Below, one piece after another: positions 40,050 through 48,445 of a stretch of 64,000 nucleotides of DNA (positions are counted from its first letter, which is position 1; every line of letters begins with the position of its first letter). A program made the position numbers and the translations under genes. Location of the stretch: positions 1-64,000 of the IMG/VR virus record IMGVR_UViG_3300046787_000286; one strand, written 5' to 3'. The notes under the pieces are model-generated. The model worked only from the letters and a program-made list of their open reading frames with translations, searched no databases and was not told the DNA's origin.

Positions 40050-40962
40050 GGAATCCTTGTTCTACGTCAATCTTGGGGTCAAAACCTAGTTTAGCTCTAG
40101 CCTTGTCAATGTTTAGTGCGCCACGACTTGGAAAGTCTGCGTCTTTGTCTTTTACTTCTATTGAGCCTTTGCCCACAATACTAACCACCATTTGGGCGGC
40201 TTGGAGGAGTGAGACTGAATGAGATTTAGTAATGTTGTAAGTATCGTTCGCAGCACCCACTTCCAGTGCAGCCGCCACAATTCCATCCGCAGCGTCATCG
40301 ACATAGGTAAAGTCCAGTGTCTCCGACGCTCCGTTAACCTTAAGGGTTTCACCACGCATGGCTGTAAGCATAAACTTTGCAACAACTCTATCTTCCACGT
40401 CCAGAGGCCCGTATACTGCCGATGGACGTATGATAACATACTCCATTCCTGTTCGTCGTGCGTAATCTTTGACAAGCCATTCTCCTGCAAGTTTCATAAT
40501 GCCGTATTGTCCCTGTGGGTTGCATACTGCATCTTCTGTGACTTGATCTTGAAAGTCACCATACACCATTGAACTGGAGATATAAACAAAACGTCTAACT
40601 CCGTGTGCTTTAGCACTTTCTAGCAAGTTGATCAAGCCACGCATCATTACATCCGCACCTGCTTGTGGGTTTGCGTTTACAACTTTCTGTCTAGGAAAGC
40701 TGGCCATGTGTATCAACACTTCTGGCTTGGTAGATTTTACAACAAAATCAATATTGTCTTTGTCTGCAATATTAGTACTGTAATGCAAGTGGTACCCAAT
40801 CTTATCACCACGTTGATGCATTAAGTAATCAATTTCGCTTTGCGGAATGATGCCGTAGGTTGTTTTGTTGTCGACAATACTTGTGTGATGTTTTAAATCT
40901 TTCAAGCGTTTGATAACGTTGTGACCGATTAGGCCGTACCCGCCTGTTACTAATATTTTCAT
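39994..40962 (-). CDS. NAD-dependent NDP-sugar epimerase/dehydratase (extended SDR)
   Basis: 'ILVTGGYGLIG', 'ISSSMVYG', 'YGIMK' (YxxxK), 'RPSAVYGP', 'LDFTYVDD'. Confidence 0.92.
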   Translation of the reverse strand: MKILVTGGYGLIGHNVIKRLKDLKHHTSIVDNKTTYGIIPQSEIDYLMHQRGDKIGYHLHYSTNIADKDNIDFVVKSTKPEVLIHMASFPRQKVVNANPQAGADVMMRGLINLLESAKAHGVRRFVYISSSMVYGDFQDQVTEDAVCNPQGQYGIMKLAGEWLVKDYARRTGMEYVIIRPSAVYGPLDVEDRVVAKFMLTAMRGETLKVNGASETLDFTYVDDAADGIVAAALEVGAANDTYNITKSHSVSLLQAAQMVVSIVGKGSIEVKDKDADFPSRGALNIDKARAKLGFDPKIDVEQGFHEYYKWLNNSVYWNPKAV

Positions 40963-41240
40963 TTATTCATCCATTTCATTTGATACCATGTGTAGACTTT
41001 TTCGTCCATTACTGTAAAGTCTCCACCTATGCTATACTGCCAGTATCTTCCGTTTTTATAAACGCCCGGCCATCCATATGTTTCTTTTAGCCATTGTATT
41101 TGATCACTAGTTGGAATGCCCTTGCTTTTGTGTAACGTCATTGGGATAAATGTTTTTGTATCGTTATCCCAAACTTGTTTCTTTACTGGAGGCGGAAGTG
41201 TGACTTCTACATCAATGTATTCTATTTTTTGTTCCCACAT
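40959..41240 (-). CDS. Small hypothetical protein (F-x-L-[KR]-W-like C-terminus)
   Basis: 93 aa, ends 'DEKVYTWYQMKWMNK'. Confidence 0.65.
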   Translation of the reverse strand: MWEQKIEYIDVEVTLPPPVKKQVWDNDTKTFIPMTLHKSKGIPTSDQIQWLKETYGWPGVYKNGRYWQYSIGGDFTVMDEKVYTWYQMKWMNK

Positions 41241-41554
41241 AGCAGCCTCCAGAATGTTTCGTTTTGTTCACTAAGGCGGGCCATTATTTGATACTTGGTG
41301 CCCCAGCTATTGTAGTCCATGCCACTGATCCAGTAAGGTTTTTCTTCGGCATGCTCCATTACAAACTTGCCAGCTTCGGTCTGCTGCCAATCGTAAATTG
41401 GACTAGCGACCCACAAGTCTGGATCTTCTACATCACCCATTGTTATTTCATGCACACATACATCGCGAAAACGCACTGCCTTCCCGTCTATTACTTTTGT
41501 AAATTCAGGTTGCCAGTGCTTGTATTCGGCTTGTTCGTTTCGTGTTATTGCCAT
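41222..41554 (-). CDS. Hypothetical protein
   Basis: 110 aa, directly behind a sigma70 promoter. Confidence 0.7.
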   Translation of the reverse strand: MAITRNEQAEYKHWQPEFTKVIDGKAVRFRDVCVHEITMGDVEDPDLWVASPIYDWQQTEAGKFVMEHAEEKPYWISGMDYNSWGTKYQIMARLSEQNETFWRLLCGNKK

Positions 41555-41559
41555 ATATT

Positions 41560-41588
41560 AGTATAGCATACCTGCTAGTACTAATCAA
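41560..41588 (-). promoter_or_regulatory. sigma70-like promoter TTGATT-17-TATACT
   Basis: 17-nt spacing; -10 lies about 5 nt from ATG 41554. Confidence 0.6.
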
Positions 41589-41591
41589 CTA

Positions 41592-42491
41592 CTACACAGC
41601 CATTTTGGCTTTGATTGAGTCCATTGGTGCATAGTTTTCTAGACGCATACTATCCATTGTAAATTTATCAATTTCGTGTATGTTAGCATCTAGCCAAAGC
41701 TGCGGAAGCTCTGTTGGTGTGCGTGTTAACTGTTCTTTAACTTGCTCGATATGATCTTGATAGATATGTGTGTCGCCTGTAGAGATAACAAGCTCTCCTA
41801 CCTTTAAGTCGCACACTTGAGCGATCAGGTGTGTTAACAATGCGTAACTAGCAATGTTAAACGGCAACCCCAAGAACACATCAACACTTCGTTGGTACAT
41901 GTGGCAACTGAGTTCACGGTTCTTGTTTACATAGAACTGACTCATAACATGACAAGGTGGCAAGCCCATTTGATCCAGTTCGCCTACATTCCATGCACTT
42001 AGAATGTGTCTACGCCCGTTTGGATCTGACTTTAATCCTGCAATAAGATTTGCAAGTTGATCAACTTCAATTTGATCTACAGCTAGTCTTGTTCCGCCTT
42101 TATGTGCAGCACCCAGATCTTTTTCAACACGATACTTGTTCCAGTGTCTCCACTGCACACCATATACTCTACCCAAGTCACCATCAAACTGTGCTCGTGG
42201 TTTCCAATAAGGCGCTTGAGCATTGGGGGTCCAAATTGTGACTTTTCCTTCTGCGGTACCGTGTGTAATTTCTGCAAGTCTGCGCTCATCGTTGCTTCCT
42301 TCGATGAACCAAAGTAGCTCACCACTACAGGCTTTCCAAGCTAGCTTCTTTGTAGTCACAGCAGGAAAGCCCTTACGCAAATCAAAACGAAGACTACGGC
42401 CAAATACACTAATAGTGCCGGTGCCAGTTCTATCGTCCTTGGCCTCGCCATTGTCTAATATATCTTGCAGTAGGTCTAAGTATTGTTTCAT
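41592..42491 (-). CDS. thyA: Thymidylate synthase
   Basis: 'DRTGTGT', 'ELLWF', 'LPPCH', 'YQRSVDVFLGLPFNIASY', 'GDTHIY'. Confidence 0.97.
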   Translation of the reverse strand: MKQYLDLLQDILDNGEAKDDRTGTGTISVFGRSLRFDLRKGFPAVTTKKLAWKACSGELLWFIEGSNDERRLAEITHGTAEGKVTIWTPNAQAPYWKPRAQFDGDLGRVYGVQWRHWNKYRVEKDLGAAHKGGTRLAVDQIEVDQLANLIAGLKSDPNGRRHILSAWNVGELDQMGLPPCHVMSQFYVNKNRELSCHMYQRSVDVFLGLPFNIASYALLTHLIAQVCDLKVGELVISTGDTHIYQDHIEQVKEQLTRTPTELPQLWLDANIHEIDKFTMDSMRLENYAPMDSIKAKMAV

Positions 42492-42793
42492 GATAATTTT
42501 TGTAGTAGTTCGTCTGTTTTGGGCTGGAGCATTTCTGCTACCATTGCAGCGTCAATCACATATTCGAGATCGCGGACTTGATCGCCGTAATCACCGATAG
42601 TGCGAATTACCGCTGTTTCGATTTCGTCAAAGTCGAGACCTTGACGTTTGAGATTATGTAGATTAATTGTGCGTTGCTTGCCACCTTTAAGTTTTATTAG
42701 AACTTTTTTAATACATTCTAATGGAACTTCGGTGGCAGTTACTTCGCTAATTAATCTTTCCCAGTGTTGCAGTGTTCGATTATCAAGCGGCAT
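42488..42793 (-). CDS. Hypothetical protein
   Basis: 101 aa; ATGA-coupled to thyA. Confidence 0.7.
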   Translation of the reverse strand: MPLDNRTLQHWERLISEVTATEVPLECIKKVLIKLKGGKQRTINLHNLKRQGLDFDEIETAVIRTIGDYGDQVRDLEYVIDAAMVAEMLQPKTDELLQKLS

Positions 42794-43511
42794 TAGTAGC
42801 AGTAACCTTGCTAGCGTTAGAAGGGCGACCGCGCTTTGGCTTTACTGACTCTTTAGAAGTTAGCGGAACATTAGTAGGAATTGGAGCAGGTGCAACAACA
42901 GTTGGATCCATGCGCTCCGCATCCTTTTTCATTCTAGCAGCTTCGGCAATTAAACCTTTGGCCTCTGCTTCCATTCGGGTAGCCTGAGTAAGCATGTTTT
43001 GCGCAATTGCACGATCACTTAGTGCATCGTCACTTGACTGAACAGGTGCCTGCGGGTTCTGACTATTTTTGTACGCAGCTTCGGCAGCACGTTTAATTTC
43101 TGGTGCAACCATGCCACGGGCAGCATCGTTTTGTGCCATGCGTCGAATAGCTTCTTCGCCAGTCTTCATCTCGTTTAACATGTTGTTGAGTTCGTCTAGA
43201 CGAATTGAACTATCAGGCCGAGGTGTAACTAACACATCGGCAGTTCGAACTTTCTTGATCATGTTCTCTTTATGGAGAGTTTCAAGGATCACGCGACCGT
43301 CGGGTAATAGGCTGCGATGTAATGCGTCGGCAAAGTTTTCTGCTTGCTGCCCCATGTCGCTTTCGATTACCTTCATGATAGCCGATTCCCAAGGTGCTGG
43401 TAGTGTGTCTGGATAAATGACCAAGCACATGTGACCTTCTTGCGGCACCTCACGGAATAGCACAGCTACTTTGCGATCACCGTGGCGACCAATATGTTTC
43501 ATAATTTTCAT
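42783..43511 (-). CDS. Hypothetical protein with C-terminal coiled coil and basic tail
   Basis: Start ATG 43511 with GGAG RBS; 'MKIMKHIGRHGDRKVAVLFRE'. Confidence 0.75.
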   Translation of the reverse strand: MKIMKHIGRHGDRKVAVLFREVPQEGHMCLVIYPDTLPAPWESAIMKVIESDMGQQAENFADALHRSLLPDGRVILETLHKENMIKKVRTADVLVTPRPDSSIRLDELNNMLNEMKTGEEAIRRMAQNDAARGMVAPEIKRAAEAAYKNSQNPQAPVQSSDDALSDRAIAQNMLTQATRMEAEAKGLIAEAARMKKDAERMDPTVVAPAPIPTNVPLTSKESVKPKRGRPSNASKVTATNAA

Positions 43512-43512
43512 T

Positions 43513-43719
43513 TTATTCTCCTTGGGGTTGTTCAGCATCATCTGCTGATTGTTCTTGCGCTTGTGACTGTGCAATAACGGCTTCTAAGAAGTTTGACAGC
43601 TTGGTATAGACTGTTCCTACTTCTAACATTTCTTCTGCTTTATACGCACCGCGTTCTGCGGCTAGGTTAATAACATTGCGAATGCTAACAAGATCGCTGA
43701 TTGAGATATTTGTTTCCAT
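43513..43719 (-). CDS. Small hypothetical protein
   Basis: METNISISDL...; ATG lies 5 nt after a TAAATA. Confidence 0.7.
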   Translation of the reverse strand: METNISISDLVSIRNVINLAAERGAYKAEEMLEVGTVYTKLSNFLEAVIAQSQAQEQSADDAEQPQGE

Positions 43720-43724
43720 GACAA

Positions 43725-43730
43725 TATTTA
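43725..43730 (-). promoter_or_regulatory. Putative late promoter TAAATA
   Basis: TATTTA on the + strand, just upstream of CAT 43717-43719. Confidence 0.55.
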
Positions 43731-43765
43731 ATGTTGTATTGTTCACGGGAATAGTTTTTGAACGT

Positions 43766-43791
43766 AAAAAATACCCCTTTACGGGGTATTT
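43766..43791 (-). terminator. Intrinsic terminator
   Basis: Minus strand AATACCCC-GTAAA-GGGGTATT followed by a T run. Confidence 0.75.
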
Positions 43792-43803
43792 CGGTAAGAT
43801 TGA

Positions 43804-44052
43804 TTAGCTGTTTTTCTGCTTGAGAAGATACATTGTGACTTCTGCGCCACTAACTTTAACTAATTCAGTTGGATACTTGTTGCAAGATCCCCAGCTTCTG
43901 GCACCCACCGCTTTAACACCAACCATCTTGGGATTGAGTTTGACTACTGTGCCCACGTGCATCATGTTGGAACGAGGGTACACAATACAATCGCCTATTT
44001 CAAGTGGTTGCCCAAACAGATCGTTATGTTTGATAGGTTCTTTTACAGCCAT
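43804..44052 (-). CDS. Small SH3/KOW-like hypothetical protein
   Basis: 82 aa; 'D.FGQPLEIGDCIVY...GTVVKL'. Confidence 0.7.
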   Translation of the reverse strand: MAVKEPIKHNDLFGQPLEIGDCIVYPRSNMMHVGTVVKLNPKMVGVKAVGARSWGSCNKYPTELVKVSGAEVTMYLLKQKNS

Positions 44053-44357
44053 GAATGAGCGCTCCAGTTGTTGAGATAACGCATACTACCTTTGCCAGCT
44101 GCGCCGAAATGTTTGATCATAAAATTGTTATAAGTCACACGCCACTTCTTTTGAATAGGCTCCGGTGAGTGGCAAGCGAGGTGGTGTAAGCGACTGTGAA
44201 TACTGCCGATGGTGCGCTTATTAACTCCCCAGCCTGCTAGAAACCATTTGGCACGAGTTGGAAAGTTGTAGTTAATCCATGCGTTATCGTAGCCCATGCG
44301 GCGCAACTTAATAGTTGCCTTCTTGCTTGATTCCATTGGGCGAAACATTTTATTCAT
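44043..44357 (-). CDS. Hypothetical protein
   Basis: 104 aa, in an overlapping gene run. Confidence 0.6.
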   Translation of the reverse strand: MNKMFRPMESSKKATIKLRRMGYDNAWINYNFPTRAKWFLAGWGVNKRTIGSIHSRLHHLACHSPEPIQKKWRVTYNNFMIKHFGAAGKGSMRYLNNWSAHSWL

Positions 44358-44593
44358 TTGTATGCCTTGATGTCTTTGTGTTTAACAACAATAATATTAT
44401 GGATGTTACCTTGATACTTAATAGGCAGGTCTAAGTGTATGGTAACTTCAGGACCGTCGCGATCATTGAGCTGACGATCATTGCCTACACTTCCTACAAA
44501 CGGAATCTTGTTCCACTTGCCAGTTACACGATCGCCGATGTTCCATTTGCTATGATAACGATTAGCCTCAAAGTAATTTGCTACATTGCTCAT
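44354..44593 (-). CDS. Hypothetical protein (SH3-like)
   Basis: 79 aa, ATGA overlaps. Confidence 0.7.
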   Translation of the reverse strand: MSNVANYFEANRYHSKWNIGDRVTGKWNKIPFVGSVGNDRQLNDRDGPEVTIHLDLPIKYQGNIHNIIVVKHKDIKAYK

Positions 44594-44796
44594 ACTTCCA
44601 AGCTCTTGATATAGTCGTTGGCACGTTGAGTGGCTTCTTCAATAGACTCCGCTAACAAAGTAATAAACGCATGGTCTCCGAGTATCTCCATGTCATATGG
44701 CACACTTCCGTTAAATTGGAAACGCTTGGGCATGGTAACTTGAACTTCGAACTCTTGAAGTTTGCCAATGCGATTAATTACTTGTTTCGCGTCCAT
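44590..44796 (-). CDS. Hypothetical protein
   Basis: 68 aa, ATGA overlap. Confidence 0.65.
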   Translation of the reverse strand: MDAKQVINRIGKLQEFEVQVTMPKRFQFNGSVPYDMEILGDHAFITLLAESIEEATQRANDYIKSLEV

Positions 44797-45016
44797 TGTC
44801 TACTCCAAAATGTTGTTTGATCAATGCTTGATAGTTTGCCATTGCGTATGCAAGATCAGTTTCTCCCATTTCGAGATACCTGTCTTCTTCTTGTTCCGCT
44901 AACTGGATACATTTATCAACAATCAATTTTGCAAATGCTTCCTGCATGTTGGGATTGATACTGGGGTAGTGGCTACCGCCTGCTTGGAGACTAAAGTTCT
45001 TTAGTATTGGATTCAT
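44774..45016 (-). CDS. Hypothetical protein
   Basis: Start ATG 45016 (MNPILKNFSLQAGG; 'FAKLIVDKC'). Confidence 0.65.
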   Translation of the reverse strand: MNPILKNFSLQAGGSHYPSINPNMQEAFAKLIVDKCIQLAEQEEDRYLEMGETDLAYAMANYQALIKQHFGVDNGRETSN

Positions 45017-45200
45017 TAAATTGTCTTTCTGCACACATGATTTCAAATGTGCCCCACAGTTGATTAAACTTGTGTTCGTAGTAGGTACTTAGTGCGTTGA
45101 GACTATCGGTGCTGGCATTTTGTTTTGCCATCATTGTGATGTCTTCTGTTACTTTCCAACACTCTAGTATCTGTTGCTCTAAATCAAATCGATTAGTCAT
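44991..45200 (-). CDS. Hypothetical protein
   Basis: MTNRFDLEQQILECW...; TAATG coupling at 45200. Confidence 0.7.
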   Translation of the reverse strand: MTNRFDLEQQILECWKVTEDITMMAKQNASTDSLNALSTYYEHKFNQLWGTFEIMCAERQFNESNTKEL

Positions 45201-45328
45201 TACCATTCATCCTTTGCTTTACGTGCTTCGCTTACAATCTTCTTGATTATAGTCCAAATAGGATGCCATAGATATCCTGCTACAAATCCCCAGGCAAACA
45301 TTTCAACTGCTTCTTTAAAGCTAGTCAT
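45200..45328 (-). CDS. 42-aa membrane peptide (missed by ORF track)
   Basis: MTSFKEAVEMFAWGFVAGYLWHPIWTIIKKIVSEARKAKDEW*; overlaps neighbours at start and stop. Confidence 0.6.
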   Translation of the reverse strand: MTSFKEAVEMFAWGFVAGYLWHPIWTIIKKIVSEARKAKDEW

Positions 45329-45507
45329 GGGTTCAATCCAAATCCAGATGCGTCAAGAGCATCCATCTCGCGGGTCCAACGTTCAAGTAACTTGCGAAAC
45401 TCTTTGCGGTTGTCTTCGTCGTGGAATACGTCTCCACTAAACACAGCCGCATCTACTGCGTCGAGGTGCTCGTCGTCTAGACGTTTGTATGCTTGTTCGT
45501 ATGTCAT
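45325..45507 (-). CDS. Hypothetical protein
   Basis: 60 aa, acidic; ATGA overlaps. Confidence 0.65.
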   Translation of the reverse strand: MTYEQAYKRLDDEHLDAVDAAVFSGDVFHDEDNRKEFRKLLERWTREMDALDASGFGLNP

Positions 45508-45614
45508 TTTTCTGTTTCCTTGCTAGCTTTGCCTGCACGATAACCTGTGTAGATTAGACTACCAACAACAGCTACAATGCCTACTGCCATTAAAAATTCT
45601 ACTAGCACAATCAT
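45504..45614 (-). CDS. 36-aa membrane peptide (missed by ORF track)
   Basis: MIVLVEFLMAVGIVAVVGSLIYTGYRAGKASKETEK*; ATGA overlaps. Confidence 0.6.
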   Translation of the reverse strand: MIVLVEFLMAVGIVAVVGSLIYTGYRAGKASKETEK

Positions 45615-45751
45615 TTTAAGTCCTCTACATTAAAACGTTTGCGAAGTTTAGTTGCAAAATAACCTTTAAGGATGACTTCATCAAACATAAAGAACAGCCC
45701 AATCAACATTACAAACGTCATTGTAATCATAAAAAGGTCAGCAAAAAACAT
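45611..45751 (-). CDS. 46-aa membrane peptide (missed by ORF track)
   Basis: MFFADLFMITMTFVMLIGLFFMFDEVILKGYFATKLRKRFNVEDLK*. Confidence 0.6.
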   Translation of the reverse strand: MFFADLFMITMTFVMLIGLFFMFDEVILKGYFATKLRKRFNVEDLK

Positions 45752-45753
45752 AA

Positions 45754-46875
45754 TTAATCCCAGCTAGATGAGCTTGATGAAGAACTGTCGCTTGAGCTAG
45801 AGCCACTGTCCCAGCTACTTGAGCTAGATGAGCTATCTGAACTGCTACTCCAACTAGAGCTTGACTTGCTTGAACTAGAGCTGTCGTCGTCCCAGCTAGA
45901 GCTACGTGAGCTAGACTTAGCAGGAGCATCGTCCCAGGAGCTGTCTCGACTTGGGGCAGGTACTTCACGTACAGTTTCACGAACCACAGTGCGCTCAGTA
46001 TCGTGCGAGTGGTGCGACCCACTCAACATGTTACCAATCAACACACCAGTCAGCATGTCGTTGCTACCTGAGTTAGTATGCACTACAGTCTGAGTTGGCT
46101 GCACTGCTTGTGCCGAAGTGCGGTACATTCGTGCGCTGGCTTCTGCGGCATCTGCACGGGCTTGTGCTTCACGGCGCTCTTGTGCTTCAAGGAACAGGCG
46201 TTGCTTTTCTGCCGCTTCTTCTTTAACCTGCTTAACCGATTTCAACTTGTCAGGATTCTCTGGATCGAAACGTTCGTGTCCGTAGTTCTTATGAGCTTTG
46301 AGAGCAGCTTCAGCAGCCAGTTCAGCTTTGCGTTCGGCATCTTGTTTGGCAAGCATGTCCATATGTTCCTGCTTACGCTTTGCATCACGTTCTGCGCGGA
46401 TGCGATCCAATTCTGCTTCACGTTCTGCTTCTGCTTTTGCTTCGGCTTCTTGTTCTTTACGCATATACAGCATGAATGCAAAACCAATTGCACTTGCTAG
46501 GATCAACGCCATAATAGTGTTGCGCCAAAAGTGCGTTTCCTCGATGCTCTCAATCTTTGAAACTTGCGGAGTAATTGCATCCTTTAAACTTTGCACACTT
46601 GATGCAGGTGCAAAGTCCAACGTCGGGTTCAACCCTGTTGCAATGTTAAGAGCTTTTTGTGCTTTTTCCAAGTTACCCATGCCCGCTTGTGCTTGTGCCA
46701 TTGCATAAAATGCTTTGGCTGACTTGGGATGGTTTTGGATAATTGTTTCCAACCCACTTGCGGCAGCTTGGTATTGATGTTGTTGGATCAGTGTTTGGAT
46801 CTGATCAAATGACGCTTCAGCTTGTGCGGCAATTGCCATCAAACCAAACGCTACTGCTACTAGAAACTTTTTCAT
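45754..46875 (-). CDS. Membrane protein: signal peptide, TPR, TM helix, coiled coil, Ser/Trp/Asp-rich tail
   Basis: 'AKAFYAMAQAQAGMGNLEKA' TPR; hydrophobic 'TIMALILASAIGFAFML'; SSSWD repeats. Confidence 0.8.
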   Translation of the reverse strand: MKKFLVAVAFGLMAIAAQAEASFDQIQTLIQQHQYQAAASGLETIIQNHPKSAKAFYAMAQAQAGMGNLEKAQKALNIATGLNPTLDFAPASSVQSLKDAITPQVSKIESIEETHFWRNTIMALILASAIGFAFMLYMRKEQEAEAKAEAEREAELDRIRAERDAKRKQEHMDMLAKQDAERKAELAAEAALKAHKNYGHERFDPENPDKLKSVKQVKEEAAEKQRLFLEAQERREAQARADAAEASARMYRTSAQAVQPTQTVVHTNSGSNDMLTGVLIGNMLSGSHHSHDTERTVVRETVREVPAPSRDSSWDDAPAKSSSRSSSWDDDSSSSSKSSSSWSSSSDSSSSSSSWDSGSSSSDSSSSSSSSWD

Positions 46876-46883
46876 ACTTGTCC

Positions 46884-47126
46884 TTACTTAGGTGAATACT
46901 CTTTGCCGTCAATGATAACCGAAGTAGTTCCGGATTTGTCACTTTGACGAACTGCGGTTGTGCTGTTTGGGCATCGTGCCACTGTAATGCTTGCACCATC
47001 TCCGTCTGTTAAACGAAAGAACTTGCAGTCCTTTAATTCGTCGGGTAGAACTGGATAGTTTTTAACTCGTGCATCAGGACTGCATCCAGCTAGCACCAAC
47101 AGTCCGATAATAAACAAATGCTTCAT
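46884..47126 (-). CDS. Small lipoprotein
   Basis: Lipobox 'LVLAGC' after a hydrophobic signal. Confidence 0.7.
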   Translation of the reverse strand: MKHLFIIGLLVLAGCSPDARVKNYPVLPDELKDCKFFRLTDGDGASITVARCPNSTTAVRQSDKSGTTSVIIDGKEYSPK

Positions 47127-47155
47127 AGTGTCCTTTTGATGCTGTCTATGTGTAT

Positions 47156-47184
47156 ATTATAGCAAATCAATAGTTTTTAGTCAA
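47156..47184 (-). promoter_or_regulatory. sigma70 promoter TTGACT-17-TATAAT
   Basis: Near-consensus, with TGC before the -10. Confidence 0.8.
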
Positions 47185-47188
47185 CTAA

Positions 47189-47482
47189 TTAGCGTACCTT
47201 AAAGAATTGGAACTCTTGGAACAGGACTGTAAAAGCAACGCCTTTGACAGCTGGATTAGTGCTCTTGCGCACGCCAAACATCTTGGCGCCTTTAGCCAAG
47301 TCCATCTCCCAACCCACAAGGGTCATGCCAGCCATGAACAAGATAGCAAGGATGCTCAAGGGCCACAGGACGCCCAGCAAGAACACAACGCTTACATCTT
47401 CGTGCGGTACACGAGCGGCAAATGCACCAACGAGTAGGATAACGCCTGTTGCGTAGATTGCGTATGCTGTAAGAAAGTCCAT
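47189..47482 (-). CDS. Small membrane protein
   Basis: 97 aa, two hydrophobic segments, AGGAG RBS. Confidence 0.7.
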   Translation of the reverse strand: MDFLTAYAIYATGVILLVGAFAARVPHEDVSVVFLLGVLWPLSILAILFMAGMTLVGWEMDLAKGAKMFGVRKSTNPAVKGVAFTVLFQEFQFFKVR

Positions 47483-47515
47483 GTTCTACTCCTGTTTGTT
47501 GCTGTCTATGTGTAT

Positions 47516-47544
47516 ATTATAGCAAATCGGGCATTATTGGTCAA
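47516..47544 (-). promoter_or_regulatory. sigma70 promoter TTGACC-17-TATAAT
   Basis: Part of a 52-bp exact repeat shared with 50636-50687. Confidence 0.8.
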
Positions 47545-47550
47545 CCGTGA

Positions 47551-47580
47551 AAAAAGGTAACACTTTCGTATTACCTTTTG
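47551..47580 (-). terminator. Intrinsic terminator with GAAA loop
   Basis: Minus strand AAGGTAATAC-GAAA-GTGTTACCTT-TTT. Confidence 0.75.
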
Positions 47581-47596
47581 TAGGGGCTAGTTTTTG

Positions 47597-48445
47597 TTAT
47601 TTGCTTACGTTAATAAACGGGACATTGTTGCCAAGCACAGTGTTGGGCAGTTGACCGTTCCACTTTTCGATTGCTTGCAATTGTACGTATGCCGCGCCGC
47701 CTTGATGTTGAATGGCACTTGCTTGGATCGCAATAGCTTCGGCTTCACCTTTAGCTTGTGCAATACGGCTCTTAGCTTCAACTTGAATACGTTCGTAGTC
47801 TTGATCAGCTCGCAATTTGGCCTGTGTAGCAATAACCTTTTGCTCAATAGCATCTTGATATGCTTTGCTGAATCCAAAGTTAACCAAGCTCACGTTGTTC
47901 ACAACAATGTTGAATGGTGCCAACTTTTCGCTCAGTCGAGCCATAATGTCTAAGTTAACTGCATCGCGTTTGGTGATCAGTTCTTCACTGGTATAGTGAC
48001 CAACTGCTGACTTAAACGATTCGTTAATAGCCGGTCCTAGCACCTTTGTGTCTACGTCCAGTCCAAACTCTTTGTAGATGTGCGGCACTTTGTTTGGCGT
48101 CAAGCGATAGTTGATAACAATATCAGTATGCACTTGTTGAATATCTTTGGTGCCGGCACTTGCGTTATTCAAGTTAGCACGAGCAAGTCGAACGTCAACA
48201 TACTTGACATTACTAATTGGATTAACAAACTGAGCGCCTTCGGTTAGCACAGTTTGATTAACTTCGCCCATTGTAATCTGCACACCCACGTGACCAGCAG
48301 GCACAATAGTGAATGAGCTATAGATTACACCAATAGCAAAGATTACAATACCTGCTACATTAGCCAGCACTTTTTGCTGGAGGAAAACTGCAATAGCCGC
48401 AGATGCAACTACTGCAAGAATAAAGAAAAATACAATTGTAAACAT
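47597..48445 (-). CDS. SPFH/prohibitin (band 7) family membrane protein
   Basis: 'IVPAGHVGV', 'GTKDIQQV', 'EELITKRD', 'VSLVNFGFSKAY..AIEQK', 'IEKWNGQLP'; start ATG 48445. Confidence 0.9.
   Translation of the reverse strand: MFTIVFFFILAVVASAAIAVFLQQKVLANVAGIVIFAIGVIYSSFTIVPAGHVGVQITMGEVNQTVLTEGAQFVNPISNVKYVDVRLARANLNNASAGTKDIQQVHTDIVINYRLTPNKVPHIYKEFGLDVDTKVLGPAINESFKSAVGHYTSEELITKRDAVNLDIMARLSEKLAPFNIVVNNVSLVNFGFSKAYQDAIEQKVIATQAKLRADQDYERIQVEAKSRIAQAKGEAEAIAIQASAIQHQGGAAYVQLQAIEKWNGQLPNTVLGNNVPFINVSK

Noticed and set aside
45754-45960. Repetitive AGCT/GAGCTAGA-rich tract that could look like a CRISPR or tandem repeat array
   Set aside because: It encodes the Ser-rich tail of the 373-aa protein; there are no constant-length repeats with unique spacers and no cas genes.
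45738-46708. Plus-strand Ala/Ser-rich ORFs (45866, 46078, 46298) and minus-strand 45738
   Set aside because: Antisense or frame shadows caused by the low-complexity coding of the 373-aa gene.
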